A stretch of DNA of 64,000 nucleotides from Patescibacteria group bacterium (GTDB taxonomy: Bacteria > Patescibacteriota > Minisyncoccia > UBA6257 > Colwellbacteraceae): positions 5,588 through 69,587 of the forward strand of contig JAMCQZ010000008.1 of assembly GCA_023380305.1 (NCBI GenBank). Reading direction: 5' to 3'. This document shows positions 1-11,358 of the stretch, in pieces (position 1 is the stretch's first letter; the number at the start of each line of letters is the position of its first letter). Below the pieces are notes generated by a model, which had not been told where the DNA came from, ran no database searches, and saw only the letters and a program-made list of their open reading frames with translations. A program made the translations under genes and the position numbers.

Positions 1-897
1 CTGGCCAAGCTGAGAAAGAGGAACCGTCAAAAGATTCATGTATCCGAAAAACATGATGAGCTTCCCGGGAGTCATCTGCCCGACCCGGAGCAAAATGACA
101 CCGCCCGTGAAAATGGCGATGAATCCGAGTGAAAACAAAAGTTTCTGGAACCACTCCATCTGCAACCAAAGATACCGCCACTTTTTAAAGGTGCGACCCA
201 CTTGGTCGTAATTCGTCTGGTTTCTTTTTCTTTCAAACTTCTCGGCGGCCGCCGCCTTTACCGCTTGGACGTTCAAAACCGCGTCCCATAAACTGCCATC
301 GGCTTTTTCCCAACCGCGATGCAGATTCCGTTGTTTTTTGATGATGTCTTTCGTATACGCGATGGTAATAAACACGTAAGCCAGGCTCGCGGCGACAATA
401 ATCAAAGAGAGCTTCCAGCTCACAAAAATGAGAGCAATGATGGAAATAAAAAATGACAACACCGCCGGCAAAAAAGCGAAGAGCGTCCGGTCGATCAACC
501 CCAAAAGATCGGTCAAGCTCCGGTCGACGCGCTTCAACACCTTCCCCACTTTCTGAGTCTTATGGAATCCGAGCGGCAAGTCTATTAAATGATGAAAAAC
601 ATCGACCAGAAGATCGTTGGTCAAATCGATGCCGATTTCATAGGCCTGCCGGCCGCTGTAGCGAGCCAAGGTGTCGGCAAAAACGGAAAGTACAAGCCAG
701 GCAGCTATCCAGACGACGATCGCCTTCGTTTCCACATAAGGCACTTTGATCGCCAAATCCACCAACCGGCCATAAATAAAAGGCACGGCTGTGCCGATAG
801 TCGTCGAGATGACGGCGGCGGTCATGCCCAAATAGAGCCTTTTGGGCTCCCGAATCATCTTAAAAACGCGCGCTAAATGAGGATCTTTGATGAACAT
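1..897 (-). CDS. ABC transporter (exporter-type) transmembrane domain, N-terminal part; gene continues beyond left edge
   Basis: Minus-strand translation from ATG at 897 gives MFIKDPHLARVFKMIREPKRLYLGMTAAVISTTIGTAVPFIYGRLVDLAI... with six predicted TM helices, typical of the MsbA-like ABC exporter TMD. The frame stays open to position 1. Not in the ORF track because it is partial. Confidence 0.6.
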   Translation of the reverse strand, partial: MFIKDPHLARVFKMIREPKRLYLGMTAAVISTTIGTAVPFIYGRLVDLAIKVPYVETKAIVVWIAAWLVLSVFADTLARYSGRQAYEIGIDLTNDLLVDVFHHLIDLPLGFHKTQKVGKVLKRVDRSLTDLLGLIDRTLFAFLPAVLSFFISIIALIFVSWKLSLIIVAASLAYVFITIAYTKDIIKKQRNLHRGWEKADGSLWDAVLNVQAVKAAAAEKFERKRNQTNYDQVGRTFKKWRYLWLQMEWFQKLLFSLGFIAIFTGGVILLRVGQMTPGKLIMFFGYMNLLTVPLSQLGQ

Positions 898-942
898 GCG
901 ATAAATAAAGATGTTTAATTTTATCGCGAAAGAACGATTAAG

Positions 943-2976
<2,034 letters not shown>

Positions 2977-3099
2977 TTAACCATTTTATTATACCAGAAA
3001 TTCCGGGTTTTGATTTGACAAATCCGGCGGTTTTCATTTTGATGAATTGGTTTCTGGTTTCGGCCTTTCAAAAGACATATAAGAGGAGGTTGATGATCC

Positions 3100-4002
3100 G
3101 TGCGCAAGAGCTCGGGTATGATGCCGTTCCTCGTCGCGATTTGCTTTATCTCTGTCTTAGCTTCTGTCAGTTTTTGCGTTCAGACAAACCGCGCACTCGT
3201 TGCGACGCAAGCCGAGATCAAGGCTAAAAACACGGAGATCGTCGAGCTCAACCGCAAGATCGAATCCCTGTGCCTTGAAAACCAGGCGCTCCGGGAGAGA
3301 ATGGAAACACTGCTCCGAAACGACGTCATTCTTAAGGCGCTCATGTCCGGGTCCGTGTACAGGGCGCCAGCTCAAGCCGCGACGGAGAAAATGGTCGTCA
3401 TTAGTTTCGACGATCTGACCACTTCGCGCGTGACAAAAATCATCGCCATCGCGAACGACAAACAGGCGCCACTTCTCCTGTTTCCAACGGGAGACGCGCT
3501 CCGAAAACAACCGGGAGTGTTTCTCTCGGCAATCCAGTCGGGCCACGTCATCGGTAATCACACCAATCATCACGACTGGTTGGGCAAACTCGACGCGGAT
3601 CGCGCGAGAAAGACCCTCGCCGACTGGGACGATTCGGCGTCGCGGCTGCTCAACGGCTATCAGACGATCTTTTTCCGGCCGCCTGCCATGTCCGGTTGGG
3701 CCGACAAAAAGCAACGGCCCGAGTTTGAGAGGCTCGTAAACGCTTCCGGAAAAATCCCCGTGCTTTGGAGCCTCGAGACCTATTACGATCTTTACGCCCC
3801 GAACGGCCCGCATCGCCGAGGGCCGACGCCGACGATCGAAAACGAAATCGACTATATCGTCAAAAGCGCCAAGGCTGGCGACATCATCCTGTTTCACGAC
3901 ACGGCGGCCGACGTGGCGGCTCTGCCGGAGATCATCGACGGCCTTCGGTCCAGAGGATTTGTCATCGTCTCCATCAAAACCATGCTCGGCCTTACTAGCT
4001 AA
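3100..4002 (+). CDS. Polysaccharide deacetylase (CE4/NodB-homology domain) with N-terminal signal-anchor and coiled coil
   Basis: VISFDD...HTNHHDW motifs of the NodB domain. AAGAGGAGG RBS at 3081-3089. Start is either GTG 3100 or ATG 3117 (MMPFLVAICF...). Confidence 0.8.
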   Translation: MRKSSGMMPFLVAICFISVLASVSFCVQTNRALVATQAEIKAKNTEIVELNRKIESLCLENQALRERMETLLRNDVILKALMSGSVYRAPAQAATEKMVVISFDDLTTSRVTKIIAIANDKQAPLLLFPTGDALRKQPGVFLSAIQSGHVIGNHTNHHDWLGKLDADRARKTLADWDDSASRLLNGYQTIFFRPPAMSGWADKKQRPEFERLVNASGKIPVLWSLETYYDLYAPNGPHRRGPTPTIENEIDYIVKSAKAGDIILFHDTAADVAALPEIIDGLRSRGFVIVSIKTMLGLTS

Positions 4003-4038
4003 GCAAAGCGCCCTTCTGTTTGAAGGGCGCGTTTTTTT
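4003..4038. terminator. Bidirectional rho-independent terminator between convergent deacetylase and murA
   Basis: aagcgccctt-ctgtt-tgaagggcgc hairpin followed by T7 on plus strand. The reverse complement gives a hairpin followed by a U-rich tract on the minus strand. Confidence 0.6.
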
Positions 4039-5338
4039 ATCCGATCCTTTTTAAATCTCCGCCAAGCGCCCTGATGCGTTCATCAATTTTCTCGTAACCG
4101 CGATCTATGTGCTCCACTCCGGAGACTTCGGAAACGCCATCGGCGATCAAAGCGGCGATCACTTGAGCCATGCCTGCCCTGATATCCCGCATGACGATGT
4201 CGGCGGCTTTAAGCGACGTCGGCCCCTGGATGACGGCGCTATGTTTGTAATCTTTTCCCTGGAAACGACAAGGAAGGATACCGAGGCATTTCGTCTCCAC
4301 GTTGATTTTCGCCCCCATCCGGTTTAAATCTTCGGTGTATCCAAAACGATCTTCATAAACCGTTTCATGAATAATGGAAGTCCCCCTCGCCTGCGTCAGG
4401 AGCACTGCTGTCGGCTGCTGCCAGTCGGTGGCAAATCCCGGATAGGTGTCGGTTTCGATATCGGTCGCTTTCAATTCCTCGTTTCGATAAAATCTAATGC
4501 CGTCCTCTGGTTCGACCTCGTATTTCGCTCCCATCCGCCGCACAGCGTTTAAAAAAGCGATCAGGTGCTCTTGGACGGCATCTTGCACCAAAATATTCCC
4601 GTTTGTCGCCAAAGCCATTACCGCGAAAGAAACGGCCTCCAGCCTATCCGCTATAAGCCTGTGCTCGACTCCATGTAGCTCTTCGACGCCGTCGATATAG
4701 ATCGTCCGATTCGCCCCGAGCTCGATGATCGCGCCCATATTTTGGAGCATTTTGATCATATCGATTATTTCCGGTTCGGTGGCGGCGTTTACGATGGTCG
4801 TCCGACCTTCGGCAAGGACCGCAGCCAAAATGGAGTTTTCGGTGGCGCCGACGCTCGGATACGGCAAAACGATCGTCGCTCCCGAAAGATTCTTCGCTTT
4901 GGCGACGATGGTCGACGCGTTTACTTCTATCGTCGCTCCGAGCTTTTCCAAGGAAGCGATATGAAAATCTATCGGTCGCGGCCCGATCTTGTCGCCGCCG
5001 ACCATCGGCACCTCCGCCTCACCCGCCCGGACGAGCAACGGACCGAGCGCCAAAATAGGAACGCGATTTTTCCTCGATAATTCCTTGACGCGGTAATTTC
5101 TAATGTCCGGCGTCCGAATAGTGATCGTATCGGCTTCCCGCTTTACGATCGAACCGATGTTTTCACAAAGTTCTAGGGCGATCTCGGTTTCCTGGCTTAA
5201 CGGCACGTTCGTCAGCTTAACTTCATCTTTGGTAAGCAAGCTGGCAATCAAAAGTTTGCTTACCGAATTTTTGGCGCCGCGAACCCTAACCGTGCCCGTG
5301 AGCGGATTTCCGCCCTTAATAACGAATTTCTGAGGCAT
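4037..5338 (-). CDS. murA: UDP-N-acetylglucosamine 1-carboxyvinyltransferase
   Basis: 433 aa, MPQKFVIKGGNPLTGTVRVRGAKNS... canonical MurA N-terminus and length. Confidence 0.95.
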   Translation of the reverse strand: MPQKFVIKGGNPLTGTVRVRGAKNSVSKLLIASLLTKDEVKLTNVPLSQETEIALELCENIGSIVKREADTITIRTPDIRNYRVKELSRKNRVPILALGPLLVRAGEAEVPMVGGDKIGPRPIDFHIASLEKLGATIEVNASTIVAKAKNLSGATIVLPYPSVGATENSILAAVLAEGRTTIVNAATEPEIIDMIKMLQNMGAIIELGANRTIYIDGVEELHGVEHRLIADRLEAVSFAVMALATNGNILVQDAVQEHLIAFLNAVRRMGAKYEVEPEDGIRFYRNEELKATDIETDTYPGFATDWQQPTAVLLTQARGTSIIHETVYEDRFGYTEDLNRMGAKINVETKCLGILPCRFQGKDYKHSAVIQGPTSLKAADIVMRDIRAGMAQVIAALIADGVSEVSGVEHIDRGYEKIDERIRALGGDLKRIG

Positions 5339-5427
5339 TTTGGAAATATTATCACAAGTTCAAGATTTGACAAAATTGATGAAATATGATAATATAATTT
5401 CATTCGTATTGAATAGGAGGCGGGACC

Positions 5428-5667
5428 TTGAACAAAGCAATACGCAGGATGATGTTTGGGATCGGGGTCTGGCTCAGCGCCGAATTGGCGCTATGGATTT
5501 TCTTCAATGCGATGGGACGCATCTACTTCAATCATTCGTACATAGGCATCGCGCCCTATATGCCGTCGCCTCGGTTGATGACCATCGGTCCGATTCTACT
5601 CTTACTCACCTGCAAAGAAACCTGGACGGAACTCAAACGTTTCGCGGACAAGCTGCTTCAGTTTTAG
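5428..5667 (+). CDS. Small hydrophobic membrane protein (hypothetical)
   Basis: TTG start with AGGAGG 7 nt upstream. Two predicted TM segments. Followed by a clean terminator. Confidence 0.5.
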   Translation: MNKAIRRMMFGIGVWLSAELALWIFFNAMGRIYFNHSYIGIAPYMPSPRLMTIGPILLLLTCKETWTELKRFADKLLQF

Positions 5668-5691
5668 GACGCTCTTCGGAGCGTTTTTTTT
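5668..5691 (+). terminator. Rho-independent terminator
   Basis: gacgctc-ttcg-gagcgt hairpin followed by T8. Confidence 0.6.
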
Positions 5692-5699
5692 ATCACAAA

Positions 5700-5720
5700 C
5701 CCCGCCTCAAGGCGGGGTTT
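5700..5720 (-). terminator. Putative terminator for minus-strand gene 5743..6786
   Basis: ccccgcc-tcaa-ggcgggg hairpin. U-rich flanks are modest on both strands. Confidence 0.4.
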
Positions 5721-5742
5721 GATTCTTGTTCAGAAAAATATT

Positions 5743-6786
5743 CTACTGAATACCGCTGCTGAAGACCCTCACATTGACGTTCCAGCTCTTACCGCCGGAA
5801 CAATTCAAGGAATATCCGGTGGTTTTTAGCGGAGAGACGGACACATAACTTGATGTCGAGGGCAAGGACGACAAAACCGTATGGCCGGCATCGTCTTGAA
5901 TCGCACAACTGTCAGTCTGATTGCAAGACCACGTAAGTTTGGTGGATTTACTATAAAGGATTTCCGTCGGCACGGCCGTGAAAGTGCATTCGGTCGGAGG
6001 GATAACCGGTTCTGCCGGCGGGACAACCGGTCCCGCTGGAGGGACAACCGGTCTCGCTGGCGGCTCCGCTGGCGGCGGAGGAGTAGGCCCGCCCTCCTCA
6101 TTAACGGCCACGGATGGAATAGATCGAAGGGCCTGGAGCAAATCTTTACGGGAAACCTCATCAAGGCCGCCGGCTACTCGGAAATCGGCGCCAAGCCCTT
6201 CCAAAATGGCGTTGACTTGGTCAGACGTAAGCGCGCCTTGATTGCCATCGATTAATGCAGAATACGCGCTGCCGCCCGCCTGCTCCCAGGCTTCATTGCC
6301 TTGGGCTTGTCCGGAATCCCTTAAATAAACCGTGATGATCTCTTGCGTGCTCGTATCATTGTACAAGGCGTAATTCGGATCGCTCGGATTGGAGCTATAA
6401 CCGATCACCGTGGTGCCGCAGACTCCCACTTGGGTGCAAGAATAAGTCTCGGCTCTTTCCGAAGAATCCGTGGTTCCCAATACTTCGGTTCTCGGCGGTT
6501 GTTGAATTTGATATCCGCTGCCGAGTTGTTCATTAATCTGGCTTTGGCTCGGGACTCCCCGACCGCTTGCGTCTTGCATAAAATCCAAATTACTAGCGAT
6601 AGTTTCATTGCTATTTAAATCTATCAAGTCCAGTTTCCCGGTGTCTTTATTATAATGCACCATTACTTCTTGTCCGTTCACATAATCAACATAATCGGCT
6701 TTGGCCACTTTGATGTCGGCGCCGATAAAAGTCATGGCGAATAAAAGACCGATCCCTAAAAAAATATAGTTGTTGTTTTTGGGCAT
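5743..6786 (-). CDS. Secreted/anchored hypothetical protein with Pro-rich linker and C-terminal Cys-containing domain
   Basis: Likely start MPKNNNYIFLGIGLLFAMTFIG (signal anchor). PVVPPAGPVVPPAEPVIPP linker. The upstream in-frame extension overlaps the next gene, so it was trimmed. Confidence 0.6.
   Translation of the reverse strand: MPKNNNYIFLGIGLLFAMTFIGADIKVAKADYVDYVNGQEVMVHYNKDTGKLDLIDLNSNETIASNLDFMQDASGRGVPSQSQINEQLGSGYQIQQPPRTEVLGTTDSSERAETYSCTQVGVCGTTVIGYSSNPSDPNYALYNDTSTQEIITVYLRDSGQAQGNEAWEQAGGSAYSALIDGNQGALTSDQVNAILEGLGADFRVAGGLDEVSRKDLLQALRSIPSVAVNEEGGPTPPPPAEPPARPVVPPAGPVVPPAEPVIPPTECTFTAVPTEILYSKSTKLTWSCNQTDSCAIQDDAGHTVLSSLPSTSSYVSVSPLKTTGYSLNCSGGKSWNVNVRVFSSGIQ
6001..6065. repeat. 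3 x 21-nt tandem repeat inside coding sequence (Pro-rich linker)
   Basis: ccggttctgccggcgggacaa / ccggtcccgctggagggacaa / ccggtctcgctggcgg... visible directly. Encodes a PxxPPAG-type linker on the minus strand. Confidence 0.6.
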
Positions 6787-6791
6787 GTTAA

Positions 6792-7334
6792 TTATTTGAA
6801 GTTTTCGACGTATTGATTGAAACTCGCCGTTCGATCCAGGTCGGCGGTTATACGCCATTGATTATTGATCTTGTCCAAAACCAGAAGTTTCTGCAGATCG
6901 CCCTCTTGCGGCTGGCCGCCGATCAGGTTTTCGACATAAACGGCGTCAACCAAAACCTGGGCCGAGGAATCGGAGAACTTGTACAAACGCACTTCTATCG
7001 GGGTGGTAAATTTGAAAACGTGCTGGCTGCCGTGTTCGGCGTCGTAGCACAGTTTCGAAGCCCGGCCGATCATCAGCGTCTCGGCGTTTTTCGCCAGATA
7101 CCTGGTGATGAACCCCTCCCAATTTTCATTCGTGTTCACCTGGTCGGCAAAATCGTCATAGAAACTCTTGACTGTTCGATCAACGAGCATTTTATTGTAA
7201 GCAGCCTCCAGACGACTCCAACCGTTCCAGTAGGAAAGCGGGACAATGATCGCGAGCGCGATCACAATCCCGATGATAATCCTTTTCCTCGACTCTGGTT
7301 TGTTTAAAACAACGACTTTTTCTTGATGAGCCAT
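6792..7334 (-). CDS. Membrane-anchored hypothetical protein
   Basis: Probable start MAHQEKVVVLNKPESRKRIIIGIVIALAIIV (single TM). The longer ORF upstream overlaps the neighbouring gene and has an odd N-terminus. Confidence 0.55.
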   Translation of the reverse strand: MAHQEKVVVLNKPESRKRIIIGIVIALAIIVPLSYWNGWSRLEAAYNKMLVDRTVKSFYDDFADQVNTNENWEGFITRYLAKNAETLMIGRASKLCYDAEHGSQHVFKFTTPIEVRLYKFSDSSAQVLVDAVYVENLIGGQPQEGDLQKLLVLDKINNQWRITADLDRTASFNQYVENFK

Positions 7335-7387
7335 GTTTATTTTAGTTTTTTTTATTATAACATATGGGCCCACCCATATCGCCCGGG

Positions 7388-8212
7388 TTAGGGCTGGAGA
7401 ATGTCTTCTGTCCGACCGCTGATAGCGATGATCACACTTTTGACAGCCGGGAATTGTTTCAATGTTTCGACTATCTGCGACCTGATCGCCGCCACCCTGC
7501 AAGATCCGCCGATGTTTTTATCCAGGGTTTCGTCAAAATCTGCCGTGGCGACGCCGTTTGCAATGGTCAACCCCTGTATTTTTACGCCGGGATTGATTAC
7601 CGTGTAATACCCTTTGTTCAGCTCGCTCTTCATTGGGCCTTCGAGCAGCAATTCCAGACTTCTCCTTGCCGGAGAAACGGTAACCGGAACGATCCTCGAA
7701 ACAGCCGTCATGGTTTTGCAATCCGCTTCGGTGAAGCCTTCTTTACCGAAAAACACCTTCAAGGTTTGCGGATCTTTCACAATTAATTTAAAAGGCACGA
7801 CCACTTGATTTTCTTTTTTTCCGTCTTTCGCCGAATAATCAAAAGCTTCGAGAACGACATCTTCGCCGACGGGCAAACGCCTCAAGAAGTTTATGTCGAC
7901 CATAAATTGACCGAACTCGCCGATGTCTGGCGCGTTCGCATAGCCATTGCCTTCGGCAAGCACGAAATCGTCGGCCGCATCGCGGAGCTCATAATTGAAT
8001 ATATTTTCAAAAACCCTGGCCTCGCCTCCAATCGTAAACGGCAATAATTCCGAGGAGCCGGCCAAGGGTTGGCGCACCAAGATATTCGGAACTTCATTAG
8101 TTTTCGGAACAAAATCGCCGACCGCAAAAAACCGCGGGAGATACATAGCTGCCAAACCGAAAACCGCTACGGCAACGGCAGCCTTGATAATGATAAAAAA
8201 AGCTCTTTTCAT
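7388..8212 (-). CDS. GerMN (sporulation/germination-like) domain lipoprotein-like protein
   Basis: Signal anchor MKRAFFIIIKAAVAVAVFGLAA, then an Ig-like (Gmad2-type) region and a GerMN-like C-terminus (GGSCRVAAIRSQIVETLKQFPAVKSVII). Confidence 0.55.
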   Translation of the reverse strand: MKRAFFIIIKAAVAVAVFGLAAMYLPRFFAVGDFVPKTNEVPNILVRQPLAGSSELLPFTIGGEARVFENIFNYELRDAADDFVLAEGNGYANAPDIGEFGQFMVDINFLRRLPVGEDVVLEAFDYSAKDGKKENQVVVPFKLIVKDPQTLKVFFGKEGFTEADCKTMTAVSRIVPVTVSPARRSLELLLEGPMKSELNKGYYTVINPGVKIQGLTIANGVATADFDETLDKNIGGSCRVAAIRSQIVETLKQFPAVKSVIIAISGRTEDILQP

Positions 8213-8257
8213 AATGATTCCAGTCTATCACTTTGAACCGCCGGCGATGAGGGCCTT

Positions 8258-8785
8258 TTAGCGGATGATCTTGATGAGATAATACAGGGCCGATCCGGCG
8301 AAAAGAATCTGCCAAAAAACTCCCCAGAATATTCCTTTGATCGGCAATCCCCAATGGAAAAAATTGTGTATGTTCGCGATAAAAGCCGCTATCCTGTATT
8401 TTTTAACGAAAACTCTCGTAAGCGGCGGGTAAAAACTCAAAACGTCCGGCAATAGGCTGCCGAAAGTGCCGAAAAAAACCGAAAGCCACAGATCGCTCGG
8501 AAGCCTGTAAAAAATCCACAAAAAGATCGACCAAGCCACAGTAAAATCAACGAAAAGAATCTTCCAAAAAGTCTCGTCGAATCTCCGCGGGGAGTCTGGT
8601 TTGAGATCGGGCCGACGACCCAAAAATCTTGGACCGGACTTCGCAATGACGCGACTGCCGTAGTCTACATGCGGGAAAGCGTCCATCAAGTGATGGCTCA
8701 AAATTCCCAGACAAAATCCCAGAACGGGATTTCTGACGGCGGCGCCGATCGCCGCTCCGACTAAGGCATGGGGAAGAAGAACCAT
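8258..8785 (-). CDS. Membrane-bound metal-dependent hydrolase (DUF457/YdjM-like)
   Basis: MVLLPHALVGAAIGAA...HHLMDAFPHVDYG, characteristic His-rich DUF457 N-terminus. Polytopic. Confidence 0.65.
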   Translation of the reverse strand: MVLLPHALVGAAIGAAVRNPVLGFCLGILSHHLMDAFPHVDYGSRVIAKSGPRFLGRRPDLKPDSPRRFDETFWKILFVDFTVAWSIFLWIFYRLPSDLWLSVFFGTFGSLLPDVLSFYPPLTRVFVKKYRIAAFIANIHNFFHWGLPIKGIFWGVFWQILFAGSALYYLIKIIR

Positions 8786-8789
8786 GGGT

Positions 8790-9122
8790 TTATTTAATGC
8801 CCGATCCGGGCGCCGTCTCCTTGACTGGGGAAATGATAACCGGTTCGCCGCTCGCGATGTCTGTAGCCGCGAGAAGCATGCCCTGGCTCTCGTAGCCAGC
8901 TAGGCTTCTCGGTTCCAAATTCGCGACCATTACGATCTCCCTGCCGACTAATCCTTCGGGGTCGTAATATTTAGCGATGCCGGCCAAAACCTGCCGCTCC
9001 TCATCGCCGAGCGAAACCTTAAGCTTCAACAATTTCTCCGATTCCGCGATGCGTTCGGCTGCGATAATCTTCGCCACTTTCAATTCTATCTTTTTGAAAT
9101 CGTCGATATTAATCATTATCAA
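8790..9122 (-). CDS. tRNA-binding protein (CsaA/Trbp111/MetRS C-terminal-like OB fold)
   Basis: FKKIELKVAKIIAAERIAESEKLLKLKVSLGDEERQVLAGIAKYY...MLLAA matches the tRNA-binding EMAP-like domain. Confidence 0.75.
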   Translation of the reverse strand: MIMINIDDFKKIELKVAKIIAAERIAESEKLLKLKVSLGDEERQVLAGIAKYYDPEGLVGREIVMVANLEPRSLAGYESQGMLLAATDIASGEPVIISPVKETAPGSGIK

Positions 9123-10020
9123 TCGAATATTCCGAAGCCACGCTCAAGAACTCCCGGAGACCGATTCCGGGCTTTTCCCCACCGATGACCACCTCGCTAA
9201 TCTTATTTAGGAACGTGAACCCGGACGCCTTGTCGCCGATTCTCCGACTTAAGGGCTCGAGTGAAACGACGCTTTCGGCCGCCGGATCGATTTTCCCGGT
9301 CGTGGCAAGGCCCTCCCCGATACGCCGATTGTTAGAGTTGAAAGAATAAGCCGTGCTCAAGAAGTCGCCGACTCCGGCGACGCCAAGGGCTGTTCTTTCT
9401 TCTCCTCCCAAAATTTTGACGATTTCGGTCATCTCCCTGATGGCGACCGACCCGAGCCAGCCCCTGATATTCTCGCCGAATCCCAATCCGTCCGCGAGAC
9501 CGATGCCCATGGCGTAAACGTTTTTGAGCACGCCGCAACTAGCGACGCCCGCTACGTCCGCCGAATAATCCACATAAACCGGAGACTTATCAAAAGCCAT
9601 TCCTATCTTTTCAAAAACATCTTCTGACTTTGAAGCGACGCAACCCGCACCTCCCAGATCAAGAGTCTCGGCGATCATCGGTCCCCCGAAAAGAGCGTAG
9701 GGCACTTCGTTCGCCACCTCTTCGATCGTTTCATGAACAAAATTGGCGCTATCCGCTTCCATCCCTTTTGAAAAACAAACCAAAACATTCTTTGGAGAAA
9801 AATAAGGCTTGATCGAGAGAAGCGCCTGTCTTAAAACCCATGAAGGCGTGCAAAGGAAAATCAATTCCGAATCCGGAATGATGTCCTTGAGCTCGGATTG
9901 GTTTTCCACCTTGCCGGGGACGCTGTCCCAAAACTCCACGTGATATTTTTTGACAGCCAAGATTTTCCCGACGGCACGACCAATTTGGCCGGCGCCCATA
10001 ATAGTGATTTGATTTGCCAT
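9109..10020 (-). CDS. gpsA: NAD(P)H-dependent glycerol-3-phosphate dehydrogenase
   Basis: N-terminal GAGQIG Rossmann motif, about 300 aa, GpsA-like C-terminal domain. Confidence 0.85.
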   Translation of the reverse strand: MANQITIMGAGQIGRAVGKILAVKKYHVEFWDSVPGKVENQSELKDIIPDSELIFLCTPSWVLRQALLSIKPYFSPKNVLVCFSKGMEADSANFVHETIEEVANEVPYALFGGPMIAETLDLGGAGCVASKSEDVFEKIGMAFDKSPVYVDYSADVAGVASCGVLKNVYAMGIGLADGLGFGENIRGWLGSVAIREMTEIVKILGGEERTALGVAGVGDFLSTAYSFNSNNRRIGEGLATTGKIDPAAESVVSLEPLSRRIGDKASGFTFLNKISEVVIGGEKPGIGLREFLSVASEYSIDND

Positions 10021-10056
10021 ATTTTAATTTTTTGTTTGCGACCTTTACCTTAAAGA

Positions 10057-10725
10057 CTATTTGATTTTAGCATCTTCAGCCATCTTTTTAAATTCGGAAA
10101 CGGTCAACGATTTCCTGACCGAAAAACCTCCGACTCTTGTCCGGACAAGGCTATGGAGATAACCGCCTGTTCCGAGTACCTCGCCCAAATCGCGGGCGAG
10201 CGACCGGATATAAACCCCGGGGCCGGTCAAAACCCTGATTTTTAAATCGGGCCACCGATAAGAAATTATTTTGATTTTTTTGATAAAAACTTTTCTAGGT
10301 TTCATTTCCGGCCGCTCCCCTCGTCTCGCCATCTTATAAGCTTCCATGCCGCGGATTTTGATGGCTGAAAAAACCGGAGGTTTTTGTTCTATCTCGCCGA
10401 CAAACCTTTTTATTTCCCGACGGACGCGCCAAAAGGACGGACGCCGCTTAACTTCACGCCGGGTTTTCGATCCTTCCTCGTCGTCGGTGGCACTTGTTTC
10501 TCCCAACCGGACGACCGCCAAATATTCCTTTTCTTTGGCCACTTCCTTATTGATTGCCTTGGTGAAGCTCCGGCCGACAGCCACCACCAACACGCCTTCG
10601 GCTAAAGGATCCAGGGTCCCGGCATGGCCGATCTTGGCTTTGCCGACGATTTTTTTTAATTCTCCGATAACCCGGTTGGAAGTCGGACCTTTTTCTTTAT
10701 AAATCGGGAAAATCCCCTCGATCAT
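10057..10725 (-). CDS. truB: tRNA pseudouridine(55) synthase
   Basis: GHAGTLDPLAEGVLVVAVG catalytic Asp motif. 222 aa. Confidence 0.9.
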   Translation of the reverse strand: MIEGIFPIYKEKGPTSNRVIGELKKIVGKAKIGHAGTLDPLAEGVLVVAVGRSFTKAINKEVAKEKEYLAVVRLGETSATDDEEGSKTRREVKRRPSFWRVRREIKRFVGEIEQKPPVFSAIKIRGMEAYKMARRGERPEMKPRKVFIKKIKIISYRWPDLKIRVLTGPGVYIRSLARDLGEVLGTGGYLHSLVRTRVGGFSVRKSLTVSEFKKMAEDAKIK

Positions 10726-11309
10726 TTGATTGTTTTGATATCCTCCGCCCCTTTTCTCAAAACTTTTATTTCTTTCCCGGACAAATCGATCAAGGCCGAA
10801 GCCTGGCCATCGCGGCGGCCGCGATCGACGTAAAAATCGACTTCGTTCCCAAAATATTTTTGGGCCTCCTTCAAATCAGCGGCCGGGGCCGCGCCTTCGA
10901 TATTGGCGCTCGGAGCGACGAGCGGACCGGTTAGCATTAAAAACTTTCGTAATGATTTCAGAGCCGGCAAACGGAAAGCGAGCGTCTGTTTTCCGCGGTG
11001 AAGATATCGGAATTTATCAAGACGACAAGGCAAAACGATGCTCACTTTGCCCGGCCAGAAACGATTTAATATCTTTCTCATCTCCGAATCCATCTTCACT
11101 CCGAAAAAAGAGAGCTGGCTCAGATCGCCGACTAAAATAATCATCGGTTTTGATCGGTTTCTCCTGCGCAATCGATAAATCTTTTCCACGGATTCCGGAC
11201 GGAGCGCCGAAGCGACGATGCCGTAAATCGTGTCCGTCGGAACCACGGCGATGGCGCCGCGGGCTACGGCCGCGGCTAGCTTATTATTTAGGGTTTTGAA
11301 AACCTCCAT
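10722..11309 (-). CDS. tsaC: L-threonylcarbamoyladenylate synthase (YrdC/Sua5 family)
   Basis: VVPTDTIYGIVASAL and LVAPSANIEG motifs. Start trimmed to MEVFKTLNN to avoid overlap with the upstream gene. Confidence 0.8.
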   Translation of the reverse strand: MEVFKTLNNKLAAAVARGAIAVVPTDTIYGIVASALRPESVEKIYRLRRRNRSKPMIILVGDLSQLSFFGVKMDSEMRKILNRFWPGKVSIVLPCRLDKFRYLHRGKQTLAFRLPALKSLRKFLMLTGPLVAPSANIEGAAPAADLKEAQKYFGNEVDFYVDRGRRDGQASALIDLSGKEIKVLRKGAEDIKTIK

Positions 11310-11358
11310 AAAATGATTATAGATACAAGAAGCGCCCGACAACAACACTGTCGGGCGC

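Noticed and set aside
3157-3897. 246-aa ORF on minus strand
   Set aside because: Antisense to the polysaccharide deacetylase gene, which has clear domain motifs; no motifs of its own.
5743-6858. Long form of the Pro-rich protein ORF (start at 6858)
   Set aside because: The N-terminal extension overlaps the upstream gene and precedes an obvious signal-anchor Met at 6786. Shortened.
6792-7502. Long form of ORF (start at 7502)
   Set aside because: The first about 55 residues (MQGGGDQVADSRNIETIPGCQKCDHRYQ...) overlap the GerMN gene region and look non-protein-like. Start moved to MAHQEK at 7334.
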